Source: Chryseobacterium gleum (GTDB taxonomy: Bacteria; Bacteroidota; Bacteroidia; Flavobacteriales_D; Sanyastnellaceae). Taken from it: a DNA stretch of 64,000 nt. Every line of letters begins with the position of its first letter. Positions within the stretch are counted from its first letter, which is position 1. Positions 9,699 to 19,600 of the stretch are shown piece after piece. The position numbers and the translations under genes were made by a program. A model generated the notes under the pieces. That model was not told the DNA's origin. It made no database searches and saw nothing but the letters and a program-made list of their open reading frames with translations. Location of the stretch: contig CAMCHP010000002.1 of NCBI GenBank assembly GCA_945874695.1, positions 23,473-87,472 of the forward strand. The letters are read 5' to 3'.

Positions 9699-10478
9699 AT
9701 GAATTTGAAAAAAGCTACACTAGCGGTGGTTATTATCACCTTCAACGAGTCGAGAAACATCGCGCGTTGCATTCAATCTGTAAAGCCCATCGCAGACGAA
9801 ATCATCGTGCTTGATTCATTTTCAAAAGACGACACCTGCGAAATTGCACGTGATTTAGGTGCAAGGGTTGAACAACACGCGTTTGACGGGCATATTCAAC
9901 AAAAGAATCGCGCTTGGCAATTGGCGAGCTCAACTTGGGTTTTGAGCCTTGATGCCGACGAAGCACTCGACGAAGAATTATGCGCAAATATTGCCCGGGC
10001 ACTCACCAATGAAACCGCTGAAGTGAGCGGTTACACCATGAATCGGCTGACCAACTACTGTGGAAAGTGGGTGCGGCATTCGGGGTGGTATCCTGATACC
10101 AAATTGCGTTTATTCATCAAAGGTCACGGCGCATGGGGAGGTGTAAATCCGCACGACCGCTTTGATTTGCATGCCGAGCACAGTGCGCAGCATCTGAATG
10201 GCAACATTCTACACTACAGCTATTACACCCGTGAAGACCACTTGAAGCAAATCGAGTACTTCTCAAACATCGCGTCGAAAGAGCTTTATCAAAAAGGTAA
10301 GCGGGTGGGGCTGCCGCTGATTTATGCTAAGGTGGTGCTGCAGTTCTTGAAGACCTTTGTTTTTAAGGCGGGCTTTTTAGACGGCGCCACCGGCTTCACC
10401 ATTGCGCGTTTGAGCGCATTTGCGACCTACACGAAATATACGAAATTACGTGCACTTCATGCCCATGAGAACGCCTGA
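9699..10478 (+). CDS. Glycosyltransferase family 2 (WaaE/KdtX-like)
   Basis: IITFNESRNI..CI.SV...DEIIVLDSFS.D.T, WVLSLDADE, GWYPD.KLRLF. Confidence 0.9.
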   Translation: MNLKKATLAVVIITFNESRNIARCIQSVKPIADEIIVLDSFSKDDTCEIARDLGARVEQHAFDGHIQQKNRAWQLASSTWVLSLDADEALDEELCANIARALTNETAEVSGYTMNRLTNYCGKWVRHSGWYPDTKLRLFIKGHGAWGGVNPHDRFDLHAEHSAQHLNGNILHYSYYTREDHLKQIEYFSNIASKELYQKGKRVGLPLIYAKVVLQFLKTFVFKAGFLDGATGFTIARLSAFATYTKYTKLRALHAHENA

Positions 10479-11448
10479 AAACATTCTGATTTCACGCACC
10501 GATGGCATCGGCGATGTGGTTTTAACGCTGCCTTTAGCGGGCGCGCTGCGATCTGCGTTCCCACAGGCAACGATTCAGTTTTTGGGTCGGTCGTATACCG
10601 CACCAGTTGTTGCGGCATGTAAGAATATTGATCGTTTCTTGAACTGGGATGACGCGGGTAGCACCCCAAAAATGCAAACCGATTTCATCAAGGCAACCGG
10701 CGCTGACACCGTCATTCACGTTTTTCCGAGAAAAGAGGTTGTTGCTGCGGCCTTTGCGGCCGGATGCGCTACTCGTATCGGCACGGGGCGGCGTTTACAC
10801 ACGTTTCTGCGCGTAAACAAACCGCTTTGGTTCTCCCGCAAAGGATCGGATGCCCACGAAGCCCAGTTGAACTTGCGGATGCTTGAACCGCTTGGAATCT
10901 TTGCCGCTTCTGACGACGCAAGTATTGCTGCCAACTACGGGCTCGTGACCAATACCCAACCTCCCGCACACGCGAAGGCCTTTTGTGACAGTGGTTTTTC
11001 ACTGCTGTTGCACCCAAAATCGCACGGCAGCGCACTCGAATGGCCACTGGCGTCTTATGCCGAATTGATTCGGTTGGTAACAGCCCAAGGCGTTCGTGTG
11101 GGCATCACGGGCACCACGAGAGAACGCGAGGCAATGGGCGATCAATTGCCGTGGGATCTTGTTCATGACTTTGGCGGACGTTTGTCGCTGGAAGAATTGA
11201 TGGCCACCATTTCGCATTGCAACGGCTTGGTTGCCGCGAGCACAGGGCCTTTGCACTTGGCCGCTGCTTTTGGAATACATGCCTTGGGCTTGTATTCACC
11301 CAAGCGACCTATTTTCCCACAGCGTTGGCGACCAATTGGCGTTCACGCTGCGTATTTGGTTGATACTGAGCACCCCGAAGACGGTAGGCTGACCATTTCT
11401 CCGGCTCAGGTCGCCGAGCGAATTCTCGCATGGAAAGCCAATCTTTGA
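10465..11448 (+). CDS. Glycosyltransferase family 9 (heptosyltransferase-like)
   Basis: ILISRTDGIGDVVLTLP; LSLEEL...STGPLHLAAAFG. Confidence 0.9.
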   Translation: MRTPENILISRTDGIGDVVLTLPLAGALRSAFPQATIQFLGRSYTAPVVAACKNIDRFLNWDDAGSTPKMQTDFIKATGADTVIHVFPRKEVVAAAFAAGCATRIGTGRRLHTFLRVNKPLWFSRKGSDAHEAQLNLRMLEPLGIFAASDDASIAANYGLVTNTQPPAHAKAFCDSGFSLLLHPKSHGSALEWPLASYAELIRLVTAQGVRVGITGTTREREAMGDQLPWDLVHDFGGRLSLEELMATISHCNGLVAASTGPLHLAAAFGIHALGLYSPKRPIFPQRWRPIGVHAAYLVDTEHPEDGRLTISPAQVAERILAWKANL

Positions 11449-12995
11449 GCCGCAAATAGGGCCGAAAAGAACGCAACCATGGTAACGCCTGCTTGGGTTT
11501 CAAGGGTATCTTCGGTGAGGTAACTCAGCGCCACAATTACGCAAAAGGCAGCAAATAAAAATCCGCGCTCTGTGACGGGAACCCCAAAGGGGATAAAGAG
11601 TGTAGCCATCAGCAAAAGCATTCCGAACACACCAAAGGCCATCCAAAACGTGAGGTATTGATTGTGGGCGCGCAATCTAAATTCGGCATACAACCGCGAA
11701 TCGATGGTGATGTAAGCATCATCCATGGCCGACTTCACATCGCCTGTTCCGACACCCAAAAGGGGCTTCTGTTCAATGACATGCCATGCGGCTCGCCAGA
11801 ATTCAATGCGTTGGGTGACAGAGTTACCGCTGGGGTTACCGCCATTCTGGAGCAGGGCGATTTCAAAAAAGATCTTATCGAGTCGCCGGCGCAGCCCAGA
11901 GTGTTCCATTTCAAGAACTGTAGGCATGCCTGCCTCAATGTTTGCAATGTCATGGGTGGTCAATTGCGACAGCCCTTCGGCGTCTTTGGGTAATCCGAGT
12001 GACGTCATGTAGCGCAGCAGGGTGCTGTACACTTGATGCCCGCGTGCATCGGCGCTGTCAAGCGGTAAATGGCTTCGTTCAGGCCAAGCCGCTGCCAACT
12101 CATCACGGGCAATATTGCGCCAAATGAAGTGCCCATTTTCGCGCAGTGTGTTCTCCAAATGATGCTCATACGGGGAGCCAAGCGCAGAGTGAGTTTGCAG
12201 TCCTTCTTTATGATTGACGGGAAGTTCGAAATAGTCGAAGGCGAGTTTGGTAATGTATGCACCCGCACCCAAAAAGAGCAATGGAACAGCGACGCGTAAT
12301 ACACGGCGTTGTGTTTTTCGAAGCACCGATGCTTCGGTCGACACCAAGAACAAGAACAGCACGGCGCATAACAACAGCACCCCAGTCATCGATTCAATGA
12401 CCCACAAAAAACTAATATTGAGCGCCATTACGACAATGGACAAAATGATGAGTCGGTGCTCTGAAATCCAGAGCAACAAAACAGTGGTTGACAACACAAG
12501 CAGCATGCTGAATCGGATGTGCGATATAAACACCGAAATGTCGCGCACGTTTTTGATTTCGCGGTCAACCAACCCAAGCGGAATTAACAGGCAGTAGAGG
12601 GCCGCCGCCGCGCAAGCAAGCACAAAAACTACCAGCATGCGCCGAAACACTTTTCCCTCGATGAGTTGTCCAGTGAAGAACACCACGGGAAAGAGAATCA
12701 AGGGTAGCTTAATCCTTACATCCCGCAGGGCATAGGTCCAGTCGCGGGTGTAAACCAATCCGACCACGTGAATGAGAAAAATGCCCGTCAGCAGCCAAAA
12801 AACGGGATTACCCAAGGCTCGCGACCAGCGAAACTTACGGGTTTGATAATCAGAAACGAGTTGGTCGATCACCCATGCGCCCAAGATCCAAAATGAGGCG
12901 AAGCTCATCGCAAAATTGGAAAATGGCAAGGCCATGGCCATGAGCAACAGGCCAATCTGATAAAGATAGGGAACGGCAATCCGAATGAAATTCAC
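11406..12995 (-). CDS. O-antigen ligase (WaaL) family protein
   Basis: Multiple TM helices; SVTQRIEFW...PLLGVGTGD...AHNQYL motif; 43-bp convergent overlap with the GT9 gene. Confidence 0.85.
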   Translation of the reverse strand: MNFIRIAVPYLYQIGLLLMAMALPFSNFAMSFASFWILGAWVIDQLVSDYQTRKFRWSRALGNPVFWLLTGIFLIHVVGLVYTRDWTYALRDVRIKLPLILFPVVFFTGQLIEGKVFRRMLVVFVLACAAAALYCLLIPLGLVDREIKNVRDISVFISHIRFSMLLVLSTTVLLLWISEHRLIILSIVVMALNISFLWVIESMTGVLLLCAVLFLFLVSTEASVLRKTQRRVLRVAVPLLFLGAGAYITKLAFDYFELPVNHKEGLQTHSALGSPYEHHLENTLRENGHFIWRNIARDELAAAWPERSHLPLDSADARGHQVYSTLLRYMTSLGLPKDAEGLSQLTTHDIANIEAGMPTVLEMEHSGLRRRLDKIFFEIALLQNGGNPSGNSVTQRIEFWRAAWHVIEQKPLLGVGTGDVKSAMDDAYITIDSRLYAEFRLRAHNQYLTFWMAFGVFGMLLLMATLFIPFGVPVTERGFLFAAFCVIVALSYLTEDTLETQAGVTMVAFFSALFAAQRLAFHARIRSAT

Positions 12996-12998
12996 GCC

Positions 12999-14654
12999 TT
13001 ACTTTCCTGCTTTACCTCCCAGAATCTGCTGGTATTCTGGTCCGAACACCTGCAATGCCCTTTCAACCACACGATCGTGACTCAAGGCGTAGCGAATCGT
13101 GCCCACCTGAAAGTGGTACCGCGATACAATTTCTTCTTCTAGGGCAAACTCAATTTGCTCTTTAAAGTGCTGTAAATCGTAGCTTTTCTCGGGTTTGAGT
13201 TTCGCTTCGAGCGACGCAAAAACATCTTGGGCGCGGTCATAGTATGCTTCGGCACGGGCGACTTCGGCCAACTCTTTGAACAGGGCTTCAGTTGCGGTGT
13301 CGTATTCAAAGCCTTGCGATAAGGCAAATTCGACAAACGCATCATAATCGGCTCCGATATCATAGCTGTCGGGTTCGCCAATTTCGGGATGTTCAAAGCG
13401 GTAACGCGTTGCATACTTGAATATGATGTGATTCCGCATCAATCCTGCCAAAATATTGCTCATATCTTCTTGTGGAACCTCCACATCGGGCGAAATACCT
13501 CGACCATCAAAAACGGTTCGGCCACCAGATGTCTTGAAAGGCTTAATCAGCGAGTCAGGAACTTCACTGACACCGGTTTCTTCATCGCGCGACGAATAGT
13601 CAAGTTTTTGAATGCAACGACCGCTTGGAATGTAATATTTCGCCACCGTGAGCTTAATCTTTGAATTGTAATTCAAATCTTTGGTTTGCTGAACCAGCCC
13701 TTTTCCAAATGTGCGATTGCCTACAACTACTGCGCGATCAAGGTCTTGCAGGGCACCACTTACAATTTCTGATGCACTGGCAGATTGTGGATCGATGAGC
13801 ACCACCAGCGGTAAATCCAGTGCAATGGGCTCGTTGAGCGCCACATGTTTTTTATTCCATTCTTCAAGTTTGCCCTTGGTGCTTACAATCTCTGTTCCCT
13901 TAGGCACGAAGAAGTTTACGATGGTAACCGCTTCACGCAACAATCCTCCACCATTTCCACGTAAATCAAGAACGAGTTGGGTCATGCCTTTTTGGTCACG
14001 CATCTCGGTGAGGGCTTTTCGAACTTCCGTAGAGGCCGTTTTGGTGAAGCCGCGCAAATGAATATAACCTGTTTGATCGTTGAGCATCCCGTAATAAGGC
14101 ACGTCGGGGATTTGCACATCTTTTCGCTCAACATCAAAGGTCAGGGGTTTATCTTCGCCGTACCGGCGGATGGTGATTTTCGCTAAAGTACCCGCTTGAC
14201 CTTTCAACAGCGTACTGACCTCTTCAGTGTCCATGTTTTTGACATCTTTTCCGTCGACTTGGAGCACCACGTCACCTGCAAGGATGCCTGCAGCGTGGGC
14301 AGGATTGCCCTCATAAGGCTCCATGATGGTGATTTCACCATCGATTGTATTCACTAGGGCACCTATACCTCCATATTGCCCGGTAGTCATGAAGCGGTAA
14401 TCTTCAATTTTCGATTCAGGATAGTAAACGGTATACGGATCGAGCGAACGCAACATGGCATCAATGCCTGTTTTCATCAGTTCGCCAGGCTTGGTTTCAT
14501 CAACATAGAAAATGTTCAGCTCACGGTAAACGGAGGTGAAAATCTCGATGTTTTTTGAAATTTCGAAGTAGTCGTCGGCTGCAACAAAGGCTAAGCCTGA
14601 GGTTGCCACGGCACCGAGGAGGATGAATTTCTTAAGGGGATTGAGTTTCATCAT
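12999..14654 (-). CDS. S41 family carboxyl-terminal processing protease (PDZ)
   Basis: LDPYT, YGGIGA (PDZ), LDLRGNGGGLL, SASASEIVSGALQD, TFGKGLVQ. Confidence 0.95.
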   Translation of the reverse strand: MMKLNPLKKFILLGAVATSGLAFVAADDYFEISKNIEIFTSVYRELNIFYVDETKPGELMKTGIDAMLRSLDPYTVYYPESKIEDYRFMTTGQYGGIGALVNTIDGEITIMEPYEGNPAHAAGILAGDVVLQVDGKDVKNMDTEEVSTLLKGQAGTLAKITIRRYGEDKPLTFDVERKDVQIPDVPYYGMLNDQTGYIHLRGFTKTASTEVRKALTEMRDQKGMTQLVLDLRGNGGGLLREAVTIVNFFVPKGTEIVSTKGKLEEWNKKHVALNEPIALDLPLVVLIDPQSASASEIVSGALQDLDRAVVVGNRTFGKGLVQQTKDLNYNSKIKLTVAKYYIPSGRCIQKLDYSSRDEETGVSEVPDSLIKPFKTSGGRTVFDGRGISPDVEVPQEDMSNILAGLMRNHIIFKYATRYRFEHPEIGEPDSYDIGADYDAFVEFALSQGFEYDTATEALFKELAEVARAEAYYDRAQDVFASLEAKLKPEKSYDLQHFKEQIEFALEEEIVSRYHFQVGTIRYALSHDRVVERALQVFGPEYQQILGGKAGK

Positions 14655-15120
14655 GATCTATTGGTCGGTCGGGGAGGTTCGTCGACGGAAATTTAGGTAT
14701 ATCTTGAATTAAACGCTGGTTCAGCTCAGATATTTTAGTGTGGATTAAGCTCGCATCGGGCAGCTCTTTGCCAACGTAAAGATAGGCCAAAGCGAATTGA
14801 TGCTGTGCGGCGGCTGCAGTGTCGTTTACTTCGTGTTTGCTATGTCGCCATGCTTCGCGAAGCAGGCGCTTAATTCGATTGCGATCGGATGCGCGTTTGA
14901 ATGAGCGCTTACTGACATTTACAACGATTTGGGTCGGTACATCGAGCTCACAGGGCAGCACGAGCAAAATAAGCGGATAATCTTTGTAGGCCTTTCCGGT
15001 TTGAAAAAGCCGTTCAATGATTGTCCGATGCGTCAGCCGTTCACGTTTGCGAAGTGTAAATCGCACCTTTGAACCCTGAGTGCGGGTGTTGTTATCCTTT
15101 TCCGGTGATGTATTGTTCAA
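14632..15120 (-). CDS. rnpA: Ribonuclease P protein component
   Basis: FTLRKRERL...VSKRSFKRASDRNRIKRLLREAWR (RNR motif); exact start uncertain. Confidence 0.9.
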   Translation of the reverse strand: MNNTSPEKDNNTRTQGSKVRFTLRKRERLTHRTIIERLFQTGKAYKDYPLILLVLPCELDVPTQIVVNVSKRSFKRASDRNRIKRLLREAWRHSKHEVNDTAAAAQHQFALAYLYVGKELPDASLIHTKISELNQRLIQDIPKFPSTNLPDRPIDHDETQSP

Positions 15121-15838
15121 TCGCCATGGACATTGATGGTGCTTTCGGGCTTGGTGCGCTCACATCCACACGTAAACCAGCATCTTCGGCTGCTTTAACG
15201 GTCGTTGGACCGAAGGCCGCGATGCGTGTTTCGTTTTGCTTGAAGTCAGGGAAGTTTTTGAAGAGCGACTCGATACCACCCGGCGAGAAAAACACGAGCA
15301 TATCGTACTTCACATCAGATAGGTCAGACAGGTCGCTGCACACCGTGCGGTACATCATGGCGCGGGTGTAATTAATTTTCGCTTCTTCGAGTGATTGAGG
15401 AATCGATGGCTTGAGCAAATCAGAGCAAGGAAGTAGAAACTTCTCACCTTTATGCTTTTTGATGGGATCCATCAGATCTGTGAAACGCGCTTGACCGGTG
15501 AAGATCTTGCGCTTGCGAAAGACCACGTATTTCTGAAGATAGAACGCAGTCGACTCGCCTAAACAGAAATACTTCATGGTATCGGGAACGGTGATACGCA
15601 ATTCAGTGCACATTCGGAAAAAGTGATCGACGGCATTGCGCGAGGTCATAATCACGGCAGTATGCTCGAGAATATTAACGCGCTCCTGTCTGAATTCCAT
15701 GGCTGGCACAGCCTCCACATGAATGAATGAGCGAAAATCGATCTTCAAGCTATGCTTTTCACTTAAATCGTGATAGGGCGACTTTTCGTTCGCGGGCTTC
15801 GGCTGAGAAATAAGGATAGTCTTTACTTTGCCTCCCAT
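15092..15838 (-). CDS. hemD: Uroporphyrinogen-III synthase
   Basis: KTILISQPKP, TSRNAVDHFF, FFSPGGIESLF, AAFGPTT; Bacteroidota HemD family in the DUF4271-hemD context. Confidence 0.85.
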   Translation of the reverse strand: MGGKVKTILISQPKPANEKSPYHDLSEKHSLKIDFRSFIHVEAVPAMEFRQERVNILEHTAVIMTSRNAVDHFFRMCTELRITVPDTMKYFCLGESTAFYLQKYVVFRKRKIFTGQARFTDLMDPIKKHKGEKFLLPCSDLLKPSIPQSLEEAKINYTRAMMYRTVCSDLSDLSDVKYDMLVFFSPGGIESLFKNFPDFKQNETRIAAFGPTTVKAAEDAGLRVDVSAPSPKAPSMSMAIEQYITGKG

Positions 15839-15872
15839 ACTAGTCCATTGTTAGCTCATCCTCTTCTGAACT

Positions 15873-16583
15873 TTAGCACGCGCCATACACCGATAACCAG
15901 GCTTTGACCACAACCGCCAAGGGCAGAATTTCGAGTGTGCAAAGATACAAAATAATGTAATTGAGTGAGATTCGCTCCTGAATCGACGCGAGTACCCCCC
16001 GAATGATTCGTAACACATAGGCGCCACCAATCAAACAAGCTCCTGCAATCAGCAAGCCCATTTGGGTGGGGCCAGAAGACAAAGCAACCATGAGTGACAA
16101 AACCAGCAACGGCGCGGCCATCGTGAGGTTCAACAAAAGCGTGTTTCCCGTGTAAATACGCAGGGCCGAGGTGCCGTTTGTAAGCTCGTTCACCAAGGCA
16201 ATTGACACAAACTTCACACCATACATTAAACCAAGAATTAACAGTAATTTCAAAAATGCCCCCACCCCTTCAGGATAGCAAAGCAGCGGATTCGCCGTTA
16301 CATTCAGGTAAATATACCAGGCTAATGCAGCCAGCATGACTGGAAACAACAAGAGCATTTCAGGGCGGTACTCGAAATCGCCCTCTGCCATGGCCTGCCT
16401 TGTAATGCGGTAGTTGCTGAAATTCCAACGAATCATTTGCAAGAACGCCGGAAACTGCACCTTAATAACCGTTACGATGATCAATGCAATTACAAAAACC
16501 ACGCCCATCCACGGTTCAAAGAGGTGATCGACCGCCCTGATTTGCGGGTCAAATCGCACTTGGCTTAAGATGGGTGTGTTCAT
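15873..16583 (-). CDS. DUF4271 family membrane protein
   Basis: TM-rich, C-terminal YIILYLCTLEILP signature; TACCTTTG at 16591-16598 supports ATG 16583. Confidence 0.8.
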   Translation of the reverse strand: MNTPILSQVRFDPQIRAVDHLFEPWMGVVFVIALIIVTVIKVQFPAFLQMIRWNFSNYRITRQAMAEGDFEYRPEMLLLFPVMLAALAWYIYLNVTANPLLCYPEGVGAFLKLLLILGLMYGVKFVSIALVNELTNGTSALRIYTGNTLLLNLTMAAPLLVLSLMVALSSGPTQMGLLIAGACLIGGAYVLRIIRGVLASIQERISLNYIILYLCTLEILPLAVVVKAWLSVYGAC

Positions 16584-16619
16584 TGCAAAGCAAAGGTAGC
16601 GACTTCCCGCTGACTGCAT

Positions 16620-19600
16620 TTAGTCAAGTCGATGTCCCAAAACCGTTGTGGCTTTTTCTGAAAGCACTTCGCCGTCGGGGTGAAAGGCTTCGAAGTATAT
16701 GATATAAATACCGATTCCCGACTTCAAACGCTGCTCATCAAAGCCATCCCAACTGTAGCTGCCCGTGGTGCCGAGTAAGCTGTTGACCACCAAACGGTTC
16801 ACGCGCCGACCGAGGTCATCATAAATGGTAATGTTACCCGTAAAGCCATCCCTCGGGAGGGTGTAACTGATGAGGCAGTTATCATCGAAGCCGTCGTTGT
16901 CAGGAGAAAACACTTCAGGTGCCACGCTCAAAAATCCGCCCGATAGGGCGAAAGCCAACTGACTGTTCGCATAACCCGGTGTTGCAAACCCTACGGGTTC
17001 GGCAGCACTGTGCCAATTCGTTTCGTCGGTACTTGAACGGTTAAAATCTAACCGCTCCAATGAAACGCCTTTTACATCGCGCAAGAGCGGGTAGTGCATA
17101 TCTTCGGTGTAGGGCACGCGGTCACTCACCTGCGAGGCCTGATCGGCCAGTACAACCACCCCATCTCCAATGTTGTAACTGGGCAGCGCCTCCATCTCAA
17201 AAATACGGTCTTCGGGCACGTTGGGGTAAAATGGCATCACACCCAGTTTCGAAGTTGTAAGTACAAGGTATTCTTCAGGATAAAGCACAAAGGGTATTTC
17301 ACCTACCGACTGAAAATTGTCAGCCACGCCATCTGTTTCATTCGCCAATTGCCAGCCTTGTATGCTGATGTTTTTCGATGAGTTATTGTAAATTTCTACG
17401 AAATCAACGCCGCCGTCAGCGAAGGGATTGAAGAGCATTTCATTGATGATGATGTCGCCCAATTCATGCGGCTCAGGCACCGCAAATCGGCCGTTCAGCG
17501 CTTGATCTGTTGACACGGTGTTGCCCCAACAGTCACTGATTTGACTCACACGACAGAGGTACACAACGCCCGCACTGAAACCGCCATTGAACAGCACTTG
17601 AATGATGCGGTTCTCGGCATTAAGCATGTAGGCTTGTGCGACCACATAATTCAAATTCGTAAATCCGCCAGCTCCATCATCGATGCCAATTTCGATGAAT
17701 ATATTCTCAGGAGACACGGGATCGAGTTGTTTGTCGAAATAAAGGTCGATAGAATTCGGGCTGCTCACAAGTACATAGCGCAAACCGGGCGGTGCGTCAT
17801 CGGGAATGGTGCTAAACACCGAGTTCACCGCACCGGCAGTATGTCCGTCAGCAGCTTGTGAAGCACGCCAGTTATCGATATCACTGCAAGGATGAGCGGG
17901 ATTGATGCGCTCGAGGCTGTAGCCTCCGCCATCGCGCGCAGGATCTTGGTACCAAGTATCGCTGTAGCTTACCACGTCGAGCACAGTATTACCATAACTC
18001 AAGGTAAGGGTACGCCCGCTGTTGGTAAGCGTAGGAAAGCCTGTCATACCTACAACATTTGCTATACCCGAAAAGGCGCCAACATCTTCACTTCGGGTAA
18101 GTACCCTGTACTCACCCGGGCCAATTAACCCGGTTTGTGTCAAAAAGGCTCCATCGAGGTCCAACGCGCCTAAATCTAAAACACGCGACCCCGTGTTGTA
18201 GATTTCAACATACTCCACATCAGGCGACGGTACGGTCGCAAGCGGAGCAGCCATGATTTCGTTGATAATCAACTCTCCGGGCTCGGGTTCAAAGCCGCGA
18301 ATTAGTTCTAATTCAATCGGATTGAGCAAAGCATTGCCACTGCAATCACTGATACCTGACACCGTTAGCAAGTAACTTTGGGCGAGTTCAAAATCGGTTT
18401 CAAACTGAATGTAGAGTGCTTCCCGATTGGCGGTAAGAAGCACGAATTGTTCTCCTAAGTCAGGCGTGAGCAGTACATCAACGTTTTCAGCAGCGTCTGC
18501 CGCCAAGGGTTCACTGAAATTCAATTGCACCGCATTGTTGCCCACATAAGCGAAGTTGAGCAGGCTCGGCGGGGTTAGGTCAGGACTCGCATCAAAAACG
18601 GTGTTTTGTGCTGCGGGTGTTCCGCCTTGAAATCCTTCGGCTGCAGACCAATTGAATGCGCCGCTGCATAGCGTGAACGGATTCTTGCGCTCAAGGGTAA
18701 TGCCGCCATTGCTTAATGCCGTATTGCCGTACCAGGATGTGTTGTAGCTCACCATATCGATGATGCTCGACTCTGGGCTGAGTAAGGTAAGGCTGTCGCC
18801 CGTATTGGTTAGTGTAACCCACGAGCTTACGCCAACGACATCGCCGTAGCCTTCGAATAGCGCGGCCTCTGTGCTGTTGCAAAGAATTACATACCCGCCG
18901 GGAAGAAGTAAATGCTCTGGCAAGGTTCTGCTGGTTGTGGTGTTCACGAGCATCCAACCGTTCAGGTTGAAAGCCAAATCAGAAGCATTGAAAAGCTCAA
19001 TAAATTCGGCTTCAGGTAAACCCAGAACGGGTGAAGGATCGGCCATGATTTCATTGATCACTACGTCTCCTTCGGTAGGGAGTGATGTCACCAAATACGT
19101 AAAAGTGGCCGCTGCACTGCCCAAGGTATTTCCAACGAGGTCTTCAACAGCTGATGCCGTTACGGTTAGCAATTGATTTGCGGGGAAGGCGTTGGCGAAG
19201 GTCAAATGCACGATTGTCGCATTGTTTTCATCCAACACCGCAGAAACCGGTACGCCAATGCCATCACTCACGGCGTAATTGGTGGCAAGCTCAGCGCTTG
19301 TCTGATCGAGGAACTCATTGAAAAAGAGACTCAATGTGTTCTCCCCCGTAGCCTGGGCACTTAACAATACCGGGGCCTCGGTGTCGGGCACAATCGGGCC
19401 AAAATACACATCGTCGAACTCGCAACCTGCTATATTGCTCGCGGTGTAGGTGCATGCAAATCCGAAAGCAGTTGAATTTTCATAGGTTTCATCAAATCCT
19501 GCGGCTTGCAATTGGTAATTGCTCCCTCCAGTCGGATCGGCGAGTACCTGCCAATTGCCTGCGTCGTCGCGCAACACCTTTACCCGAATTTCAAACGCAT

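Noticed and set aside
11406..11448. 43-bp convergent overlap of the GT9 and WaaL-like genes as antisense regulation
   Set aside because: Short tail-to-tail overlaps are common in compact genomes; no further evidence.
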